Below are positions 16,651-35,567 of a stretch of DNA of 64,000 nucleotides, one piece after another (positions within the stretch are counted from its first letter, which is position 1; each line of letters begins with the position of its first letter). The stretch is from the human T2T-CHM13v2.0 reference genome, Homo sapiens: assembly GCF_009914755.1 (NCBI RefSeq), contig NC_060934.1; one strand, written 5' to 3'. The position numbers were made by a program, and so were the translations under genes. Below the pieces are notes generated by a model. The model ran no database searches and was not told the DNA's origin. It worked only from the letters and a program-made list of their open reading frames with translations.

Positions 16651-17214
16651 GCACTTAGGAGACAGCAGAGCTATGCGGCAGGACTCCTGTGGTGGGGGCA
16701 GTGTCTGTATCTGTATCTGCTGTCTGATGTGGGAACCACCAGTCACGTGGCTGCTGAGCACTTGAAATGTAGCCAGTGTCCCGGGACATGAGATTTTAAT
16801 TTTTAAAACTTTTAATTACATTGAAATTTACATAGTCAGATGTGGCAAGTGGCTACCCTATTGGACAGTGTGAGTAAGCAGTCCAAGATAGGTTTTCCTA
16901 ATTTGTAGGTTCACGTACATTTCTAGCAGTGGAAACCCTGCAGCCTCCCCTGCTGGCATGTTCTAGAGTTGTCTCCTGCCTGGGGTGAAAGTGTTCTTTT
17001 CTGGGCCCTGAATGCCCATTCTCCTTTGTGACACAGCAGAGGCGGTGACTGCATCTCATGGTAACCCTCACGAAGGTAGCTCAGAGGTCTCCAAGCCGCA
17101 CGGCCTCGTCCTCTGCTCCACCTTTGGCCTGTGTCTCCCACGCTCGCTCCCTAGACGGAGCTCATTTGTTCAATGAGCAGTGATTCGGAGTGGGACCGGT
17201 CAGCATGTTCTGTA

Positions 17215-17314
17215 AGTGGCCCCCGTGAGGTGCTCTGCCTTCCCCCTGCCCTGGGCGGGAGAGGTGAGTGGCCCCCGTGAGGTGCTCTGCCTTCCCCCTG
17301 CCGTGGGCGGGAGA
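17215..17314. repeat. 52-bp GC-rich tandem duplication
   Basis: AGTGGCCCCCGTGAGGTGCTCTGCCTTCCCCCTGCC(C/G)TGGGCGGGAGAG at 17215 and 17267. Confidence 0.9.
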
Positions 17315-17976
17315 GAGCTGTGGTGTCTGCCGCACGCGTTTGGCATGGTAGGTGTGAGGGGGGCGATCTCAGAACAGGGAGGTGTTGATTAACGTAGGAG
17401 TGGGCTCGTTCTAGACAGTGTAGAGTGACGCCCTTTCAGTTGTTGAGGAGCAGCAATATAGAAGAGAGGGCAGATGAGTCTGAGGGAGACATCGTGTTAG
17501 GTTTAACTTTATACATCTCAGATTTGCCAGTCTGAAGTAGTTTAGAAAGCCAGGTTCGCGCAGGCGCAGGAGGTCTGTCGTTGCCGAGAACTGCGACGTC
17601 CACGTGCACACAGTGCTGGCTGCGGCCTGAAGAGCTGGCTGCTTCCCGCACGTGCGTGCAGGTGCTTTCAGGTGTGTGTTGGTGTCGATGTGATGGAAGA
17701 AATTCATTTAAAAGCTTTGCTGAGTCACGGCAGTAGTGTCTTGAGTTTTCTCAAGTGGTACCAAAAGTTCAACAACTCGTTTGAGAGTCTGTGAAATTGA
17801 ATGGCACAGAAAGGGAGAACTGATGGAAAAGGTTGAAAGTCATTTTGTAAGCGCGCTCTTCCTGGGCTCAAGTTGCCCTCTAGTGGGACAAGTCCTCATT
17901 TCTCTGTGCATTTAGTTTCTTGATTATAAAGTGAGGTTAATGCTGACTTCTCAGCTTTCTTTTCCATAGCAATTCC

Positions 17977-18187
17977 TTTTTTTTTTTAAATTTATACTTT
18001 AAGTTCTGGGGTACATGTGCAGAACGAGCAGGTTTGTTACGTAGGTATACATGTGCCAAGGTGGTTTGCTGCACCCATCAACCTGTCACCTACATAAGGC
18101 ATTTCTCCTAATGCTATCCTTCCCCCAGCCCCCCAACGCCCCGACAGGCCCCGGTGTGTGATATTCCCCTCCCTGTGTCCATGTGTT
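17977..18187 (-). mobile_element. 5'-truncated L1PA 3' end
   Basis: Poly(T) then TTATACTTTAAGTTCTGGGGTACATGTGCAGAACG; imperfect TSD TAGCAA.T.CTTTT. Confidence 0.88.
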
Positions 18188-18480
18188 AGCAACTACTTTT
18201 ATATTAATATGCACTTAATATTCAAGTATATATGACATGATGTAATTAGTTGCTGAACAATAAGAGCCTTAAAACATGATGGGTATAGATGAGTAGGAAC
18301 TGATTCTGTAGGAGGAGATTGGCCTTGTGTAGGAGTCAGAAGGGCTTTTGGGGAGGGATGCTTGTGGGGAGGGATGTTCACAGAGTGGGAATGGGGCGTG
18401 CAGAGGCCACAGGGCAGGGAAAATACTAATAGTGATTCTCAGTTCAGCACAAGCTTATGTTTCATAGTTATTGGAACTTC

Positions 18481-18788
<308 letters not shown>

Positions 18789-19093
18789 TGATGGCCTAGT
18801 TTTAATTTTTATAGTTACATTTTCCTTTCTTTTTTTTTCCATGTTCTTCATTGGTTTTAGAAGGATGTTTAGAGGCTATAGTACCAATTCAGTAGATTCA
18901 GTATTTAAAGTAGTATATATATGTGGGTGTGCGTGTGTGTGTGTGGTTTGTAAAATTTTTGTGAGAAATCTGTGATAACTGTAAAACTCACATTGCTAAA
19001 ATGCTGTCATTTTTCCCTAAAATTTCTGTCTTTTAAGTTGATCTCAGAAGGATTTAATAAATATAGTGCATCTTTTTAAAAAGTTTACAACTC

Positions 19094-19392
<299 letters not shown>

Positions 19393-19456
19393 TTACGACT
19401 CATCAGAATAAAAAAGTTTATGCTATATGTAAATTTGAAAAGTCCCATTAAGTATC

Positions 19457-19733
<277 letters not shown>

Positions 19734-20518
19734 TTAGAAATATTTGATGGGGATTTTTTTGAAAATTACTCTGGGTGTTGGGAGTAGGGGACACATACCA
19801 AATAGTGCATAGGCCATGCCCTCAGGGAGGTTGGAGTGGCACATGGCTGTATCTAGCAGGCTCCTGTTGACTGGTGGGTCCAAGCAGTGAGTGCCTGTGA
19901 TATGTTTGGTGCTCAGGACCTGCTTACTTGCTGGACCACACTTGACAATGTAGCTCCTTCCCTTCGCCTTCCCAGGGGTGCGGGAAACACACAGGCATGA
20001 AGAGCGTGGCCTGGGCAGGAAATAAAAAGTTAATGTTTTCACTCAATTAATAGACATTTGGCTCTTTTTTGTGAAATTTTTCTTTTTTTCCTCTTCACAA
20101 CACTCTTTTAGGTGTTATGTCGAGTGATGGGAGAGTGACTGTGCTTTTGCTTAAAGTGCAGTGGGTGTGGCGGGAACTCTGCAAAGGTGCCTCTTCCATG
20201 AGGGTCTAGCAGATTAAAATACTTGTAGGATAGCGTATGATGGCACTCAGAGGCTGTTTATAATAGTTCATTTATGGGAGCTGCCGCCTTTCTCTCCAAA
20301 TTTGGAAGTTTTAAAATAAGGTAGGCTTATGTCCTCTCTTGTAAAGGGAAAAATTGTGTTATTTTGAAGGAGTGTTTATTTTCAAATCCCATATCATACT
20401 AGGTAGCCATTTATACAATTTGATTTATAGTCTCCTTGGCAGAAATTTGGAACTTTAAACTCTTTAAGCATTTTATATATAAAAATATGTAATAATACAA
20501 AATAAGAGTTTACAATAA

Positions 20519-20716
<198 letters not shown>

Positions 20717-21394
20717 TAATATACTTTTATAGCTTTACCTATCCATAGTCAAATTTATGAATAGACATTCATCACTATATTAGTTTTCTGTTCTGCTGTA
20801 GCAAACTTAAACTTATTTTAGTGGCTTAAACTAACACAGATTTGTCATCTTGCAGTTCTGTGGGTCTGGTATAATTCCCACGAGGACTCCGTCTCAAAAG
20901 TAAATAAATAAAAATAAAAAATAAAAAATACATGGATCTTATCATTTTCCCTACACCAAGTACACCATAAATTGAGAAAACATTGATTTACTTTTTTATT
21001 AATATACCATCATTTGAAAATTGATGCATATACTATATCTGACTTATTAAAGACAAATCAAAACAATTTTGAATTAGCTTGGCTTTAATTTATCTTTTTT
21101 TTATTTTGGAAGTAATGGCCATATGTGCTTAAAAATTTATCAGACAGTATAAAAAGAAATCTACCATTACCCCTCAAGCCCATCGCACTCTTCAAAGGAA
21201 GACATTTTCTGCATGTTTTTGCTTTTGGTTCTTTTGGTGGTTAGTCCTGTGAATGTAAGTAATCATCTTCTGGTTTTAGATCTATCCGCTTTAGTGTTAA
21301 TGCTTCACAGTGAAATAAACAGGTCCTTTGCGCTGCTCTATTACTTTCCAGTTTTTCTCCTTCAGGGTTTGTGTTTGTAAAATTTATATATATA

Positions 21395-21503
21395 AAGACA
21401 GGGTCTCACTGTGTTGCCCAGGCTGGTCTCAAACCCCTGGGCTTAAGTGGTCTTCCCACCTTGGCCTCCCAAAGTGCTGGGATTATAGGTGTGAGCCACC
21501 ACA
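21395..21503 (-). mobile_element. Alu left monomer/FLAM-like
   Basis: GACAGGGTCTCAC...CCCAAAGTGCTGGGATTATAGG only. Confidence 0.8.
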
Positions 21504-21616
21504 CCCAAACTATAAAATTTGTACTAGACAAATGTAACTACAATCAAGTCTTTCATGCTTTATCTACAGGTTGATTCCAAAGGTTGAATACTAACAAAGA
21601 GCATTTCCATTGTTAA

Positions 21617-22129
<513 letters not shown>

Positions 22130-22194
22130 TGAAATGCGGGTGCTGTCTTTGAGACCCTGATAGCAGTGTCTTCCACAGTGTAGCAAGTGTGTGA

Positions 22195-22520
<326 letters not shown>

Positions 22521-22651
22521 TCGACTGGTTTCTTTAGTTTTTTGAGAACTCTATGAATTGTGATCTTGCTTATTAGAATATTATTCATGTCTTTGTTTAT
22601 ATAACACTAATATATAGCATTTTTTCTGTGTGCGAGTTTTGGAAGTGGTGA

Positions 22652-22933
<282 letters not shown>

Positions 22934-23107
22934 TAGGAGAATAAGGAGCTCGGTTCTTGTTCCTGTTCTGCCATGGCTCTGTGTCACTAGGGTCAAACGA
23001 GCCTTTCTGGGCCCCCTTTCTTCCTGTGCAAGACACAAGACCCATTTGCGAGGCTATAGGTCTTTGATTGTGTGATTGTGTTTGATTGTCACTCTCTGTC
23101 CCTGCAG

Positions 23108-23172
23108 CCAGTCACAGCACCAGCCAGCTCTCCCAGAAACTGAAGACCACTTACAAGGCTTCCACCAGCAAG
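23108..23172 (+). CDS. WDR37: WDR37 exon 5 (ASHSTSQLSQKLKTTYKASTSK, aa 111-132)
   Basis: ccctgcag|CC ... AAG|gtatgc; 65 nt, phase 1 to 0. Confidence 0.96.
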
Positions 23173-23288
23173 GTATGCAGGCCACTGGCTCTTGAGCCAT
23201 CATGTGGTGGTTAAGGTGTGCAGATGTGTACTTTAAGTTGTTTATTTTCCAATTAGAAAGGCATAGCAGAAAAAGATAAATGGTTTTA

Positions 23289-23621
<333 letters not shown>

Positions 23622-25454
23622 TCACTATGCAGGCATTTACATAGTAGCTTACCCTAGTACCTACAGGGATTAATATATGATGTATTAGTAAATATATTGT
23701 CTTTAGAGGGAATATATAATTTCTCTTGTTAATTGGCTTAATATAAAGGGTCTGAATTTGGAGGAAGCTAATAAATAGGTACAAATTAGTGAAAATTATG
23801 TTCTGAGCTAAAGTTACATTTTAGTTCATTATGTTCTTTTCCTCAGTTTCCTAAGTGTGATCAGGAAGTGAAGGTCTGTCTCTAAGGCAAATAGGGATGT
23901 TCATGGTTTTTGTATTTTCTTAAAGTATCTCGTGCTGACCTTCTTAAAGTGGAAAGGGTTTAATTGTTTGGGAATTCATTTGTCTGTGATGGATTACTAT
24001 CAAGTGATATTTTGAGGTAATTTTGTATGCATCTGTACTTTGGCATATTTCAAGGATACAAAGATAAATTGAAATTTTCAGTGATCTTGCTATGATGGTG
24101 TAAGTAGTTCTTGTTAGCTTTTTATTTTTCCAATTTGTTTCCTTGAGTTTAAAGTTAATTTAGCATGACATCTATAGTAAGATTAACTGCAATTAATAGA
24201 GCAAATTTAGTCCTTCTGCCGTTTGTCCTCACTTGATAGTCTTTGGTAATTCTTTGTTATTCAAAAGAAAATCTGAAATTGTTGGTATTTTCTACTGTAC
24301 TTTCCTTCGATAACATCTAGAATGTAAGTTGCTAATTTATTTGATTTTTTTTTTGGCCATGTAATGTCTAGCTTATACTTACAAGTTTTGAACTTTTTAA
24401 TAAATTAACTTGAAGCTTTTTCTTCATAATGAAGTGTGAAATTATGTTCTTCCTCATTTAATTTCTTTTTACATTATCTTGGATTATGTTGTTTTTTCTG
24501 GTGTGTACAGTTGTATATATACAATGTATGGTCTTGGAATTCCAAAACTTTCTCATTATTACTGAAGTAGAGGAAGAAATGATTATATAAAGTTGTCCTT
24601 TACCATGAGCAGTAAAAAATAAGATTTGGACAAGGGTAAGGATATGTATAGTAATGCTTTGCTTTAAAAAATGTATTAGAGATATTTAAAGCCCAGTCAT
24701 TTTAGGTACTAGAAATTCATCTGAATTTATAAGAAGCATATTACTAATGATCTTTATAGCCTTTGCACACTGCCCATACCCATTGTAAAAAATAACTATG
24801 AAAATATAAGACATCTGAAGATTGAAGAAATAATTTGGTAACAGAATATATTCTGATTCGTACTACAGTGTGGATTCTTGGTGCCAAAGCTAAGCATGAA
24901 TGCAACAAGAGAAAGGCTACAGTCTAGCTTTATTACTTTCCCTCCTTCTGACCCAGAGCCACGAAAAGCAAGTAACGTGCCTGGTGGGATAGCGGGAACA
25001 CAAAAGTGTGTTACGTGAACGCAGAAGAGGTTTTTCCCCTTCCTGGGTGGCTAATGAGATTTCTGATGCCTACGGGGGAGGGAAGTGAGGAAGTCTAACC
25101 TGCAGCCCTCTTTAAAGAAACTTATAAAAATCAGAAAGGGCTTTTTCCACAAAGAAAGACACTTATCTTCTCAAAAATATTTGCAAACATTTTCACAACC
25201 GTGCTTTAGATTGCGCCGCAGTTCAAACGATCTGGGATGATGGGCGTGAGCGTCAGTTTGCGGCTTTGTTCTGCTGCTTTTCTGTTATGAACGTTCCCTC
25301 TAGGTAATTCAGTCTGTTTTGTTGGGCCTCTTGGTAATGACGACTAAGTCAGCTTTTCTAAGGAAAAAGAGTTAAGGTAATAGATGGTCAAAGTGCAGTG
25401 GGCATTTTGGAAGCAACACATGAGAAAATATTTGAAAACGGCACATGATCCCCT

Positions 25455-25500
25455 GCACAGCTCCAGCAGCACAGCTCCAGCAGCACAGCTCCAGCAGCAG
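25455..25500. repeat. 14-bp tandem repeat GCACAGCTCCAGCA x3
   Basis: Read directly from the sequence. Confidence 0.85.
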
Positions 25501-25590
25501 TGCAGTCAGAGCCTCTGGGAAGGAGCCACTCTGTTCTTACCCTGCGAATGGAGCAGGTGAAGAATGTAACTCTAGTAGTTTGTTTCTTAT

Positions 25591-25755
25591 AATACTGTTA
25601 TTAATGTTAGAAGTGGTGAGAGATTTGGAAAATGAAATTTACGACAATACTGTTACTTATGTTAGAAATGGTGAGAGGCCTGGAAAATGAAATTTACTAC
25701 AATACAGTTATTAATGTTAGAAATGGTGAGAGACTTGGAAAGTGAAATTTACCAC
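25591..25755. repeat. 55-bp minisatellite x3
   Basis: AATAC.GTTA...GTTAGAA.TGGTGAGAG...TGGAAA.TGAAATTTAC at 25591, 25646 and 25701. Confidence 0.9.
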
Positions 25756-27065
25756 CGCTTATTATGGTGGGAGGTTGTGTGTGTCCTTTAATTTCACTCC
25801 CTCCTAAAATGTTACAATGTTATTTAACATCTGAATGACACTTTCTGTAAGCAAAAGCATCTCCCATGTTGTGGAGGCATAATTTTCCTGGATTGAATAG
25901 GATATTAGTGTTCAGAAAGAAAAGAGGATAATGATGGGTTTGAGGTTGAACAAGTGCTTTTGCAATTCCTCTGACCAGTTGCAGTGGAAGTTCTTCCTGT
26001 TACTGGTGAAAATGTTGGCCTCTTCCTCAGCCTTTTATATCACTGTATCCGAGGAGAATAACTCGAGGGTGCGGACCCAAATCCATGTGACAGTGGGTTG
26101 TGCTTTATGGTCTTAGGAAGAATGAATTTAGATGTGTTTTTCAGGGCTATGCCAAATCAGTGTTTGAAACAAGTTGTGTAATGCCACTGATTTTAGTTCT
26201 TCACTTAGTTTTTTTGTTTTATTCTGAAAAGTCTACATTATTCTGATTTACTTAACAGCTGGACAGCTGTTTTCTTACCAAAGAAAAATTTAAAAAGCAA
26301 ACTCTGCAGAAATCGTTGTGTTGAATTAGTTTCTTCCTCACTCACTTCATATTTTTCCTGACAAGAGGGCATGAGAACTGTCTGCTGTGTGTGTCGTCAT
26401 TCGAGACGATGCCTTTCTGTGGTCCGTGATGTGTTCGCGTTGTCTCCTGCTGGGCTGAGCATGTCCAAAAGGCCAGGGGCCTACGGCCGCGCTGCCCTGC
26501 ATCCTCATAGCTGGTGCCTGTTCTGAGCGAGCGCCAAGTCTCGGGCAAACCGGCACACCTATTAGTGTCGTCTTTTGATTCCTCCCCACCACAGGCTTTT
26601 TTTACACTTGATGATACGTGGTTGGTGTAAATTCTCAAAAACAGCAAAATGTGAACATGTACAGCGATCAGTGTCATTAGCTAAAGTTAAGGGTTTGGGA
26701 TGTCCTTCCTGACTTTTTTGTATCTGAGTGGCTAGCTAACGATTTGTTTAAGAATTTGGAAATTTTGTCTCATGGTTTGGGTTTGGGGGAGAGGACCTGA
26801 AACACCTAAATCCACCCTTCTGCAGTGAGACCTTCCATGCCTGGCTGTCAGACTGAGGTGGGGGAGCCTGCACAGGTCGCCGCGAGAGCTGCACGCATTC
26901 TCTGTGATATGAGCTGAACCCGCCACCCTTTCCACGCAGGGCGTTTCAGCTCACACTTGCGCTGTGTTCCTTGATGCTTTAACTGTCCTAGTCAGTGATT
27001 TGTGCATTTTCCAAGACGTCTTTTTCGTTTTCTCTTTCTTGACTTAGAAAAATTTACTTCAGTAA

Positions 27066-27281
<216 letters not shown>

Positions 27282-27577
27282 TAATCCCTGAGTGATGGAC
27301 ATTCACTTTTCTGTGGCAGAGGAACCCTAGATGCAAAAGCGTCATGGAGGAGTCAGTGGAACCCCCCACACATTAACCCTTGGTGATGCTTAGTGTTGTG
27401 GCCTGAAGTCCTGCATTCCGTGGTCTTGTGGGAGGGTGTGCAGCTGCACCTTGCATTTTGTGGTCCCGTGGGTGGGTGTCCAGCTGCATCCTGCATTCCA
27501 TGCTCCCATGAATAGATGTGCATCTGCACCCTGTCTTTTCCAGGTCCCCGTGGGTAGGGCGTTGCAACTCACAGTGA

Positions 27578-27967
<390 letters not shown>

Positions 27968-28887
27968 CTCTTTTTCTTATCCACAGCCAAGTGTGTTTCT
28001 GATTTGTGGATGTATTTGACTTTTTTCCCACAAGTGGAGTGCAGTTGAGGGACAGTAGTTTGGTACTCACTGAAAGTGAACACTACCTGGGCACGTAGCC
28101 AGCAGTGGAGGCTGATGGCCTCCCCCAGCAGATGTTTGCCCACAGAATCACAGGGGCAGAGTGTGGAAAGTGACCCTTTGTTTTCTCTAAAAAAAGATAT
28201 TTTATGAAAGCTATCTAAGGTGGCATAATACCCCTTGAGATAAAAATTGCTCAAATTACAAATGATGCTCATTGAAAATGCCGTCCCAGCTTGTGAGACG
28301 TTAATCACTCACTGGACTCTGCTTTTTAGAGGCAGAAGTGAATGTGATAAACCATTTGAATAGCGAAGAAAGTTCTTGCTTCTCCTTTGAAACTGTTTTC
28401 ATGGATGAGCGCCTTGGATTGCTTTGGAAATCATAGTTTTAAAAAAAGAATAAAAAGGTCCTTTCTGATATTTCCGAAATTTCATTTGGCTAATTGGTGC
28501 TTATTTCTCAGATTTTCCCATTAAATCTACTTAAAAAAATAATGGCTATAAGAGAAAGACCCAAAGATCCAAAGACATGCTTATCTCAACAGTTGTAACT
28601 GGATTTGGATGCTGTTTGAATTTGAACTCTGGGAGATGTTCTGGAACATTTTAATACTTTAATAAAATAATGAAACTGTGATGGGAACGACCTCTGTCTG
28701 TCATTTTCCAGCATGATGCAGCCAGCCTGATAGTAAAGTAGGAAATCGAGTCTCTGGTTGTCCGTTAGCTGACTTCATGGCCTCAGACAGGTCACAGCTT
28801 CTCCCATTTGGGAAATGTTTTCTTTGATCAATTGAAGCATACAGAGTAATAGAATCAAAGGTGGAAGAGATATCAGTGGTCGTGTAA

Positions 28888-29388
<501 letters not shown>

Positions 29389-29450
29389 TGATGTAGTGAT
29401 AACTTGGATGTATTCAATAAAGGATACTCCATGAATGTGCTTGCGTGCCC

Positions 29451-29530
29451 GTAGTTAATGCTGTCCACGGAGTGAATGCTGTCCACGTAGTTAACGCTGT
29501 CCATGTAGTTAGTTAACGCTGTTCACGTAG
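29451..29530. repeat. ~18-bp tandem repeat (GTAGTTAAYGCTGTCCAC) x4
   Basis: Read directly from the sequence. Confidence 0.8.
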
Positions 29531-30149
29531 CTCTTTTCTGCCTTTTCACTTAGAGCTGTGTGTGTACCAGTTTCCTGACCAGACTTTGTTTCTGTTTCCT
29601 CTCGCACGTGCTGTGTGGTTCCTTCCCCCGCAGTGCCCTCTTCACTTGCTCACTCGCCCTCCCTCACACCTCCACGCTGCCAGGCTGAGAGGTGGCATCG
29701 CCTGTGTGCACAGAGGGACAGGTGTGGGTGGGGCCCGTGGCTCTGAGCGCCTGTCTGCCCGTCCACAGGGCCCTGATGAGCTGTGGAGCCTTCCCCTCCC
29801 CTTTCCCAGGACCTCCTCTCCTTTGGCCATTCCTGCTGTCACAGTGTCTTCTCTTTCTTGCCCTGGACATTTCCCCTTAGTGTGTAGACAGGCTGGCGCC
29901 TTTCCCGTGTTAGACCCCCTCCTCCGTGCTGCCTTCTTACCTGTCTTCCTCCCCTGGCATCCCACAGACTGGCTGGGGTGCCACAGTGTCACCTGCAGTT
30001 TTCTAGCAGTGCCTGGCGTGTGTGTGATTGGTGCTCAAATGTAGAGCAAAACGCTGTTACAGGAACGAGTGCTGTATTCTGTTTCCTCCTTCAAATTTCC
30101 TCTTCAGAAACGTTAAAAAAATTAAATATATGTGCATAGGTTAAAAACT

Positions 30150-31589
30150 TAAGACTTGAAAATCGAAATGACTCCTTGATCCCTGGGCTACAGAATGGAT
30201 GTTGTGTTAGTAGGCATGAAATCAGCATTCATCTTGTACATCTCCATCAGAGCTCTTAGGTGAGCAGGTGCGTTGTCAATGAGCCAGTTGTATTATGATA
30301 GGTGTAGGTCTTAATGGTAGGCTTAAAATACTCAGTCAACAATGCTGTCATCAGATGTACTGTCATCCATGCTTTGTTGTTCCATTTATGGAGGACAGGT
30401 AGAGGAGATGTAGCGTAATTCTTAAGGGCCCTGGGATTTTTGAAATGGCAAGTGAGCATTGACTTCAGCTGAAAGTCACCAGCCGCATTCGCCCCTAACA
30501 AGAGTCAGCCTGTCCCTTGAAGTTTCGAAGGCATGGATGTCTCCTTTCTAGCTAGGAAAGTACTAGACAGCATATTCTTCCAATATAAGGCTGTTTGTTT
30601 GCATTCAAAACCTGTTGTTTAGAGTAACCATCTTCACCAATGAGCTCAGCTGGATCTTCTGGAGAACTTGCTGCAGCTTCTCCATCAGCACTTGCTGTTT
30701 CACCTTGTACTTTTATGTTGTGGAGACGGCGTCTTAAACCTCATAAACAACTCTCTGCCAGCTTCCAGCTTTTCTTCCGCAGCTCCCTCACCTCTCACAG
30801 CCCTCAGGGAATTGAGAGTCAGGGCCCTGCTCTGAATTAGGCTGCAGCTAAAGGGAATGTTGTGGCTGGTTTAATCAGTCCCCACCACTCAAACTTCCTG
30901 TGTATCGGCGTTCTTGTCATTTGTGTGTTCACTGGAATAGTGCTCTTACTTTCCTTCGAGAACTTTTCCTTTGCATTCAGAAGTTGGCTGTTTGGTGCAA
31001 GATGCCCAGCTTTCAGCCTGTCTCAGCTTTTGACTTGCCTTCCTCACTAAGCTTAATCATTTCTAGCTTTTGATTTAAAGGGAGCAATGTGCAACTCTTC
31101 CTTGCATTGGAATACTTAGAGGCCATTGTAGGGTTATGAATTGGCCTAATTTTAGTATTGTTTTGTCTCGGAGTAGAGAGGCCTGAGCAGAGGGAGAGAT
31201 GAGAGAAAGGCTGGTTGGTGGAGCAGTCATAACTCCCACAACATTTATTGAGTAAGTTTGTGGTCTTATGTGGGTGTGGTTTGTGCCTCTCCCCAAAATG
31301 ACAATGGTAGCATCAGAGATCACAGGTCACTATTAACAGACATAATAATAATGCAAAAATCCAAGGTCAAGGTGCTGGCAAAAAGAAATTAAAAAAAAAA
31401 AAAGAAAAAGTTTGAAATATTGCAAGAATTACCAGCGTGTGTCACAGAGACGTGAAGTGAACACATGCTGTTGGGAAAATCGTGGCAATTAGGTGTTCAA
31501 CGCAGGGTTGCCACAAACCCTCAATTTGTAAAAAATCCAGTACCTACAAAGCACAGTAAAGTGAAGGGTAATAAAACGGGGTATGCCTG
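30150..31589 (-). mobile_element. Tigger1 DNA transposon, 5' ~1.4 kb
   Basis: TIR GGTATGCCTG at 31580-31589. ORF 30256..30501(-) [14 protein letters not shown]...NPRALKNY...[14 protein letters not shown] is a pogo/Tigger DDE transposase remnant. Confidence 0.88.
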
Positions 31590-32280
31590 CATCCACACAT
31601 AGACGTGTACATACACGCATAGTCATTTCTGTTCTCTAGAGGGGATTTAATTTTCCCTTGGCCAGCAGATAGAGTGGACGGCAAGCCTTGATTGACTTAA
31701 GGGTTGGTGGCCGGTGGGTTTCAGGCTTTAGGGGTTCTGCTGTTCCTCTCGCTTTCCCTTGTTCTAAGGGAGTTGTCCTTCAAGGGTGTGTCTTCACAGG
31801 CCCTGAGCTTTAGTTTCATCTGCCAGTCCTCTCCGTGTTAGCTCTTAGAGGCTGCTTTCTGCTTGGTGTCCGCCCTCATGCCCAGTTTAGGTGCTGTCAG
31901 TGCCTGGGGGAGGCGAGCAGCTGGCCCGCTCCTTCCTGGCTGCCTCTTCTGAGGGATCCAGCCTCAGTTCCTGTCACGGCCGCTCACGTCTGGACTGCAC
32001 CCTCGCTCCGGCTGGTCTCTGTGCCTTGAGGGAGTGCGTCAGCTAGTGGGGCTTCCAGTGCTTCCCTCTGGGGCCTCTGGGCCTGGGGGCCTCAGGGCTT
32101 CCATGATGACTTCAAGCCTTGTGTTTATTTTTTGCTGTTTATCTGCAGCTTTTATAATTAATTCCACTAGGGGGTCTGAGTGGATCCACAGAGGCTGCCT
32201 TGTCCCAGCAGGAAGAAGTCTCTTCCTGTTCTTGTGCCTGGCTTGTGTTTTTTATTGGCTTTCCGTTCTTCACGCAGGTT

Positions 32281-32407
32281 AATTCAGCCTTCCCGTGCTC
32301 ACCCACAATTCAACCTTCCCATGCTCACCCACAATTCAGCCTTCCCGTGCTCACCCGCAGTTCGGCCTTCCCGTGCTCACCCGCAGTTCGGCCTTCCCGT
32401 GTTCACT
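32281..32407. repeat. 26-bp minisatellite x~5
   Basis: ARTTCRGCCTTCCCGTGCTCACCCRC units. Confidence 0.9.
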
Positions 32408-32531
32408 CACTCACCGTCACCATCTGCTCTTCTGGCCTCCAGTATTCGGTGTCGTCTCTTCGCTCATCGTCTCTTTAGTTCTTTCTTTGTGGGTCTGTTC
32501 CTGTTTCTTCCAGGATGCCTTCTGCATTTAG

Positions 32532-33147
<616 letters not shown>

Positions 33148-34567
33148 TAAGTTGACCTAACTAAAGGGAGTGGTGGGGCTGGTGGGAGTTGAATCAGTAC
33201 AACTCTACAAGGAGATGGTCTTGACCCTGAATCACACTCTGCCTCTTTCCTCTTGGGTCCTCTGAGCACAATGCCCAACAGCAGACTCCCGCTCTGGCCC
33301 CCAGGAGAGGAAAATGGGTGAGGGTCCCAGTTTCACTGTGTCTGCGCCTCTCAGAGGCAGAGGTGACACTGGTGGCAGAGGTTGTTGTCCCCTTTGTTCT
33401 TCTCTCTTTAGATTTCAGCTTAAATTTTATGACAGTTAAATGTGCACGTGATGGAAGGAGCCAGTGCCTTTGACACTGGATGAAGGGTAGCCGTGGCTGG
33501 CATCCCCGTTTCTGCTCCCCTCGTGGCCACTGTGGATTGGGTCAGGTGCCCATGGATTCTGCTGCTGCGCCTTTAAATCATGGCTCACGTGCTGCCCCGG
33601 CCTTCCTGCTCCAGCCGGCCTGTTGACCGTCCACTATGGAAGGTGACCGGGGGTGATTGAGCTCTCTCGAGGGCCTCGTTATACAGGCGTGGTTTTCATC
33701 CTAACCCCAACATGATTCTGTGCCGATTTTGTAAGATCAGGGGTCAGTTTTCACACTATTTTGAGTGGGTGAGCAGTGCTGCGAAGCAACTGCCTCCACA
33801 GCTCCCGTCACCATGTGCCTGCCTGCCCTACCCCTCCTTCTGTGGTGTGGTGCCTTCCACCCACACCTCACAGTGGCCCAGCTTCGTTTGTGATTAGCTG
33901 AGGGTTGGGATAGACATAATAAAGTGAAAATTGATGATTGATCTTACCAAAATTTCTCATCGAAATTGGAAGCATTAATACTATTTGTTAGTGGTTCTAG
34001 TGATCGTTTGGTTTTAGCTCCATTGAGTGCTTAAGTTTATTGCTTATAAGTGTACACGGTTTCCACCAGTTTTTCCCACAGTTATCTGTATTTTAATATT
34101 AATAATGAGGCTATCTTCTAGCATTTTTCATTTAGTTCCTTAGAAAAATATAATTCTAATGGTATAGCTACCAACATTTTGTTAAGGAGATAACCTATTC
34201 AGATTTGGTCAAATTTCCTATATGTTCTACGTTAGGGACATGCATTTTCTTCACAAGGGGTGGAAATAAGGGTTGGTGTCCCCAGAGTGACAGGAGTCAG
34301 CTCTTTGCTCTGCTGACTGGTGCTGACTGATGGTAGCTCACCCCATCCCAATTCCTGTCGTTTGCTTTGGGAACATCCCAGGTGGGCAGTGTGGGCTCCA
34401 GACTAGGTCAGGCCTGTGGAGCCGGGCTCTGTGTTCAATGCTGGCATTTATGTGCGTGCTTGTGGTCTTGCTGACCACATGTCAAGCTATTCTGTCTACA
34501 TTCAAGACAGGAGCAAGGGGGAAGGTGAAGTGCCAGGGTCTCCTGCTCCTTTTTCAAGAAAATGATA

Positions 34568-35567
<1,000 letters not shown>

